In this document: positions 59,066 through 64,000 of the stretch, piece after piece
Numbering within the stretch: position 1 is the stretch's first letter
Layout of the letters: every line of letters begins with the position of its first letter
Assembly: GCA_965219995.1 (NCBI GenBank)
Contig: CBDCOX010000002.1
Location: forward strand, 3,264,001-3,328,000
Source: Candidatus Latescibacterota bacterium
GTDB lineage: Bacteria; Latescibacterota; UBA2968; GCA-2709665
Direction of reading: 5' to 3'
Length of the DNA stretch: 64,000 bases
Notes under the pieces: model-generated
Told to the model about the DNA's origin: nothing
Database searches by the model: none
The model's input: only the letters and a program-made list of their open reading frames with translations
Program-made: the position numbers and the translations under genes

Positions 59066-59695
59066 TTACCGCGCCAATGTACTTCTCGTCATCCCCCGGC
59101 GCTCGACCTCTCGCCTCAATTCATGACGCCCCCGGTACAGCCAGACTTTCAGGGTGCCCATCGGTACCTGCAGTTGCTCGATGATCTCATTATAGGACCG
59201 TTCCATAAGATAATGCAGAAAGATCGCTTCGCGCTGACGTTCCGGCAGCGCCCGGATGCCGTCGATCACAATCCGCCGGCGCTCTTTTCGCGCCAGAACG
59301 GCCTCCGGACCTTCATCGGGCGACGCGCGCCATCGCGCCTGGAGCGCAGGCTCGGCATCGTTGACTTCGCTCAACCAGACCCTCCGCTTCTTCAAGGACC
59401 TCAGGTAGTTTGTACACACATTCATGGCGATGCGCGTGAGCCACGTGGTGAAAGCGGCCTGTCCGCGAAATCCGGCCAGCCCCAGGAAGGCCTTGATGAA
59501 GACAAGTTGAACCAGGTCCTCGGCCTCATCCACGTTGCCCGCGCACCGGTGAACGAGCGCACGCACCCGGTCACGATGGCGCCGGAAGAGGACCTGATAG
59601 GCCCACTCATCGCCGCCAACGGCCCGATCGATCAGCGTCGCATCGGATTCAGGCGCGCACTGTAGCGACAGGAATTCGCTTTTCTTTTTTGTCAC
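59066..59695 (-). CDS. ECF RNA polymerase sigma factor
   Basis: AEDLVQLVFIKAF, FTTWLTRIAMN, LPERQREA, SYNEI...GTLK. Confidence 0.9.
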   Translation of the reverse strand: MTKKKSEFLSLQCAPESDATLIDRAVGGDEWAYQVLFRRHRDRVRALVHRCAGNVDEAEDLVQLVFIKAFLGLAGFRGQAAFTTWLTRIAMNVCTNYLRSLKKRRVWLSEVNDAEPALQARWRASPDEGPEAVLARKERRRIVIDGIRALPERQREAIFLHYLMERSYNEIIEQLQVPMGTLKVWLYRGRHELRREVERRGMTRSTLAR

Positions 59696-59757
59696 AAGCA
59701 GACGGTCTCCGCCTTATGTCGTACGTATACAAGATACCCGCGTCTCGATTATTCAGA

Positions 59758-59875
59758 AGCGACAACCGTGCCAACAGACACTTCTATATATTTTTCAACT
59801 ATTTAGATCGAAAATCTCTACAGATCGACTCAAACAAGTGTCCGTTTTCGATACACTAATGTCCGAAAATGAACA
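59758..59875 (-). promoter_or_regulatory. sigma54 promoter with upstream enhancer pair
   Basis: TGGCACGGTTGTCGCT (59773-59758); AT-rich IHF-like tract; GTGTCCGTTTTCGATACAC-TAA-TGTCCGAAAATGAACA. Confidence 0.75.
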
Positions 59876-59955
59876 GTCCTTTCGGCGCCGAGACGGCAAA
59901 GCTCACTCGGTCCGCAAGGCATCCACCGGATTCGCCCACGCCGAACGCTTTCGGC

Positions 59956-60780
59956 TTATCTCTCCTTCAATTGAATCGAACCGTTGACGGTCTTCAACTG
60001 AATCAGTCGCCCGCCGCCGTTGATGACGCCGTCAACCGACTTGCCGAAACGGCCCGTCACGGTCACCGGAAAGTCCGTCTCGATCCTGCCGTTCACGGTT
60101 GACGCCTTCAGGCGCGCCTTCAGCCCTTTCGGCAGCGTCACTTCGATGCCGCCATTTGTCGTTTTGGCGCGAATATCGTGCGGTTCGTCGCCAGTTCCGG
60201 AAAGCGCGACCTTGATCTTTCCGTTCGTCGTTTTCGTCTCTACCGGGCCCAGCAGGTCCGAAAGCTCGATGTTCCCGTTCGTCGTACGCGCCTGGATCGC
60301 TCCAACGATGGCGGTCAGCCCGATGCGGCCGTTGGTCGTCTTCGCATCGACGGCTCCTGAAACATCGTCGACGTCCACACGTCCGTTCACCGTTTTCAGG
60401 TCAAGATCGATGGCTCTGGGTACGGTCACAGTATAGGCGACGCTCACGTTCCGGTTCCTTCCCGGCTTCTTGGGCGCGTCCGTACGGATGTCAATCCCGT
60501 TCACGGTCTGGTCGAACTGCACCGTGGTTTTCTCCAGAAGCATCCGCGCTTCGTCTTCGTTTTCGGCGCGCGCTCTTTTCTCTGCCTTCATCTTGACCTC
60601 GTGCCGGTCCCACGATTCGATCGTAATGTCCCCGTTCACGTTGACAATCGTCAATCGCCCACCCGGCGAAAACGCGACCGTTCGCTCAATGACCTCCTTT
60701 TCAACTGACTTCCCGGCGCCACAGCCCGCCGGCGCCAGGCAAAGGCAGAGTACGACGATAGCAATACAGATTGGCTTCAT
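59956..60780 (-). CDS. DUF4097 / putative adhesin beta-strand repeat protein, possible lipoprotein
   Basis: Repeated (K/R)T(V/T)NGxI; signal ending APAGC. Confidence 0.85.
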   Translation of the reverse strand: MKPICIAIVVLCLCLAPAGCGAGKSVEKEVIERTVAFSPGGRLTIVNVNGDITIESWDRHEVKMKAEKRARAENEDEARMLLEKTTVQFDQTVNGIDIRTDAPKKPGRNRNVSVAYTVTVPRAIDLDLKTVNGRVDVDDVSGAVDAKTTNGRIGLTAIVGAIQARTTNGNIELSDLLGPVETKTTNGKIKVALSGTGDEPHDIRAKTTNGGIEVTLPKGLKARLKASTVNGRIETDFPVTVTGRFGKSVDGVINGGGRLIQLKTVNGSIQLKER

Positions 60781-60852
60781 TGCGTTTCGACCTCCGCAAT
60801 TGGGTAAAAGCGAATAACCTTGATTCGTCATATTTCGGTGGCGTTAAATCAA

Positions 60853-61182
60853 ATATACGCAAGTCAATAAAGGCGATTTGACGGCGGACTTCCAGGAACC
60901 TTCAGGTCAATGGACGTGAACGGACGAAACATCCTTTCGGACGACCTTTACGCCCCGTTTCGGAAATTATCTCCGCGGTGTCGGCTTGCTGGATTTTTCG
61001 ATTTAAGGCAAGTTGCCACAAGAGACACGAAAACAGGTATCCTGTTACCGGGCGTATGGCCGAAAGACAAGGAAATACCTGCAGGGTCACGGCGTTACGA
61101 CACCCGCCGTTTCGCACCGATACATCTTGTGCCTTTTGTACTTTTTGTGGCGAATTTTACGTTTGTCTTTTTTCGACTTGAG
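60853..61182. repeat. Dispersed intergenic repeat, copy 2 (with ~110 bp extra)
   Basis: Aligns to 38221-38433; extra segment lies between two GGAAAT motifs. Confidence 0.85.
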
Positions 61183-61184
61183 GT

Positions 61185-63548
61185 TTATTCATACCGCAAC
61201 GCATCCACAGGGTTCGCGCGGGCCGCCCGGACTGTCCGGACGCTCACCGTCAGCAGCACGACCGCCAGCGTCAGCACACCACCCATAACGAACGTCCCGA
61301 CTCCCGGATCGACGCGATACGCGAAATCCTGCAGCCACCGATCCATCGCCCACCACGCGACCGGCCACGCGATCGCATTGGCAACCCCCACCAGCAGCAC
61401 GAATTCGCGCGACAGCAGACTCACGACGTCTGTCACACTGGCGCCCGATATCTTGCGAATGCCGATCTGCTTCGTTCGCCGCGTTACGGCAAACGCCGTC
61501 AATCCGAACGCCCCCAGACACCCAACAAAAATCGCAAGCAGCGTTCCGTACCCGATGATTCGATGCAATCGCTCTTCGGTTCGGTATTGGCGATCGATGC
61601 TTTCATCGAGGAAAAAATATCGGAAACCGGAGGATTGTGTCACGGCTTCCCATTGATCCTTCATATACGCCAGTGTCCCGGGGATATCGTCGGGACGAAC
61701 CCGAACCACCAGTCGGTCGTATGGATAATCCGGATCGCATTTCAGCAGTGCGGGGCCAATCTTGTGATGGAGCGAACGAAAATGAAAATCGTTCACCACC
61801 CCGATCACCGTCACTTCGTCGAAAAATCTCAATATCTTTCCGATCGGCGACCCCGGCCCCAGCCGCCTGGCCAGCGTTTCGTTGATAACCACGGACGCAG
61901 CAGGATCCGTCGCAAGGTCCTGTGAGTAATTCCGCCCCTCGATCAATTCGATTTGCAGCGTTGGAATAAAATCGAAATCGACATAGAACACCTCGACGCC
62001 CTTGATGTCTGTTCCATCATACGCCACACCGCCGCGTGACTGTTGTCTATTGTCCATCAGGTGGAACATCCCGGTCACGCCGACAATCGCGTGATGAGAT
62101 AAGAGGGCGTCCCGATAGGTTTCAATGCCTTCGTTCCCCTGGTCCCGGAGCTTGCCGGCTTGCCAGACGCCAATCAGGTGTTCACTGTCAAAGCCGAGGG
62201 GTTTGTTCCGCAGATAGTCGAGCTGAAGGGTCACCACCAGGGCGCAGATGACCAGTGCCGCGGACATCGCGATCTGAAAGACCAGGAGAAACCTGCTGAT
62301 AAGTCCTGCCCCCACAATTCTCAATCGGTTGTTGAGCACATGAATCGGCACAAAACCGGACAGGACAAAGGCCGGGTAGCTGCCAGCAGACAAACCCACG
62401 ATCAAGGCCAGGCCGATCAACGCGGCCACTGCCGATCTGTCCAGATTCGCAGCCAACGAAAGCTCCTGATCCATCAGGCTGTTGAACAGCGGCATCAGCA
62501 CTTCTGCCAGTACAACGCCAACCATCAATGCGACGAGGCTCAGGAGTATCGATTCCGATAGAAATCGCGCGATAACCTGAGGTCTGCGCGCACCAGCCAC
62601 TTTGCGTATGCCTACCTCTCGCGCCCGGGATGGCGACCTTCCCAGCGCAAGGGTCGTAAAATTCACACATGCGATTAACAGTATCAGAATTGCAAGGCAC
62701 AACAGAATGTAGCTATAGGCCCGGTCGGTGGCGGGTTCGGGTCCACGGATATCAGGACTGAAGTGCACATCCTCGAGGGGCTGTAATTTCAATTCCTGCT
62801 TCTCGCCCATAATGGGCCACGACCACGTGATGAAACGCGGGAACAGGCCTTCCAATGCCGCGACGTCGATCCGGTCGCGCAACAATGCGTATATGCTGGT
62901 ATTGCTTGTCATATTCCACGTGTTCAGCGCGTCCTCGACATTCTCAAAGGACTGTAGAAAGCCGAACTGAATGCTGGAAGCCTCGGGAACATCCTTCAGA
63001 ATGCCCGAAATCAAAACCTGGCGCACTTCTGAATCACGTGTAAATGATATCGATTTGCCCAGTGGATCTTCTCTACCGAATAATCTCCGAGCGGCTTTTT
63101 CTGTAATAACGATGGCGTCCTTGCGATCAAGCGTTGTTTTCGGGTCGCCTTTCAGCAATGGAAACGTAAAGACATCCCAAAAACCCGGATCCACATATGC
63201 GATTCGCTCCCTGAATGAACGGTCGCCATATCGGAACGTGCGAGACGTGCTATGGATTCTCACCACGCGTTGCATTTGTTCGGGAAATGCTTCCGCCAAC
63301 GCCGGACCGAGAGGTCCCGGCATGATCGCCGTGGCGACACTTCCTTCGCCCACTTCACCCCTGTTGTACACACGATATATCCGATCTGCCCTTTCGTGAA
63401 ATGCGTCAAAAGACCATTCGTGCCGCACGTACAGAAACGCCAGAATGGAAAACGCAATGCCAAACGCGAGCCCTACGATGTTGATGGCTGAATACACTTT
63501 GTGGCGTATGAGGTCGCGGTACGCCACGGTCAGATAATTTCGGAGCAA
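61185..63548 (-). CDS. MacB/FtsX-type duplicated ABC permease
   Basis: MLRNYL, RAREVGIRKVAGA, RTKQIGIRK, ANPVDALRYE. Confidence 0.93.
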   Translation of the reverse strand: MLRNYLTVAYRDLIRHKVYSAINIVGLAFGIAFSILAFLYVRHEWSFDAFHERADRIYRVYNRGEVGEGSVATAIMPGPLGPALAEAFPEQMQRVVRIHSTSRTFRYGDRSFRERIAYVDPGFWDVFTFPLLKGDPKTTLDRKDAIVITEKAARRLFGREDPLGKSISFTRDSEVRQVLISGILKDVPEASSIQFGFLQSFENVEDALNTWNMTSNTSIYALLRDRIDVAALEGLFPRFITWSWPIMGEKQELKLQPLEDVHFSPDIRGPEPATDRAYSYILLCLAILILLIACVNFTTLALGRSPSRAREVGIRKVAGARRPQVIARFLSESILLSLVALMVGVVLAEVLMPLFNSLMDQELSLAANLDRSAVAALIGLALIVGLSAGSYPAFVLSGFVPIHVLNNRLRIVGAGLISRFLLVFQIAMSAALVICALVVTLQLDYLRNKPLGFDSEHLIGVWQAGKLRDQGNEGIETYRDALLSHHAIVGVTGMFHLMDNRQQSRGGVAYDGTDIKGVEVFYVDFDFIPTLQIELIEGRNYSQDLATDPAASVVINETLARRLGPGSPIGKILRFFDEVTVIGVVNDFHFRSLHHKIGPALLKCDPDYPYDRLVVRVRPDDIPGTLAYMKDQWEAVTQSSGFRYFFLDESIDRQYRTEERLHRIIGYGTLLAIFVGCLGAFGLTAFAVTRRTKQIGIRKISGASVTDVVSLLSREFVLLVGVANAIAWPVAWWAMDRWLQDFAYRVDPGVGTFVMGGVLTLAVVLLTVSVRTVRAARANPVDALRYE

Positions 63549-63661
63549 CTGGATCTCCCTGTAGCTGAAGCGTCGCTGTCGAAGACTTCCTCATCCATTC
63601 CCCTGAGTCCTCTGCATATCTGACGATAAGGGATCGCGGCTATCCGCGTAGGCTGTGCCAG

Positions 63662-63779
63662 TGCGATTATTGTGCCAATGCAGCAAGTTATTAATTAACA
63701 AATGGTTGTGATATTGAGCGACCTCTGCGGCCGATCACATGTGTTCGATAATGATACACTATTGTCCGAAAATGGACAC
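63662..63779 (-). promoter_or_regulatory. sigma54 promoter with upstream enhancer pair
   Basis: TGGCACAATAATCGCA (63677-63662); AT-rich tract; GTGTTCGATAATGATACAC-TAT-TGTCCGAAAATGGACAC. Confidence 0.75.
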
Positions 63780-63954
63780 TCTGTCGGGCGACTCACCGTC
63801 GCGGGGACGTATTTCGAACATTTGGCCGAAAGCGGACGGGTGGAGCATCCGACGATTTATACCGGTCATTATCGCAATTATGGAATTGCATCAACACCCG
63901 AATCTTGTGATATTTACCTGTAGATTAACCTACAGCCTGACCCGGAGGACGCCG

Positions 63955-64000
63955 ATGTACAAGATTTCCCTTACTGAAGCCAAATCGCGATTGGCTGAAC
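63955..64000 (+). CDS. Phd/YefM-type antitoxin, 5' fragment
   Basis: GGAGGA RBS then MYKISLTEAKSRLAE. Confidence 0.65.
   Translation, partial: MYKISLTEAKSRLAE

Noticed and set aside
1-64000. tRNA, rRNA, prophage, integrase, reverse transcriptase (DGR/retron) or intact transposase
   Set aside because: None recognised by eye; tRNAscan, Infernal or HMM searches would be needed to exclude them formally.

Overview
A GC-rich bacterial chromosome segment. It is most consistent with an FCB-superphylum lineage such as Candidatus Latescibacterota; this is inference from a T9SS/FlgD-type C-terminal domain, an EF-hand/dockerin-like tail, and expanded PhyH and Gfo/Idh/MocA families. The window contains five PhyH-family Fe(II)/2OG dioxygenase genes. 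It has a cobalamin-riboswitch-led corrinoid uptake and remodelling operon (btuF/btuB/btuG-like, cbiZ, cbiB, btuD/btuC-like) interrupted by a secreted double-Cache protein and a hicBA pair. An AT-richer McrBC locus is bracketed by inverted repeats. There is an SDR / QueA-like / GAF kinase / LuxR operon, a sugar-acid-type catabolic cluster, a sigma54-driven MacB-type exporter region and several toxin-antitoxin genes. Intergenic space is packed with short repeats and MITEs. No tRNA, rRNA or CRISPR array was recognised. Best leads: (1) PhyH enzymes with H-x-G instead of H-x-D (candidate non-heme iron halogenases, two fused to a dead N-terminal copy); (2) ~131-bp heptamer-armed hairpins that supply gene stop codons; (3) two 160-bp MITEs with different ends but a shared internal motif; (4) an output-less Cache-Cache-T9SS protein in the B12 operon; (5) the QueA-paralogue operon. 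All family calls come from motif recognition by eye, not from database searches.
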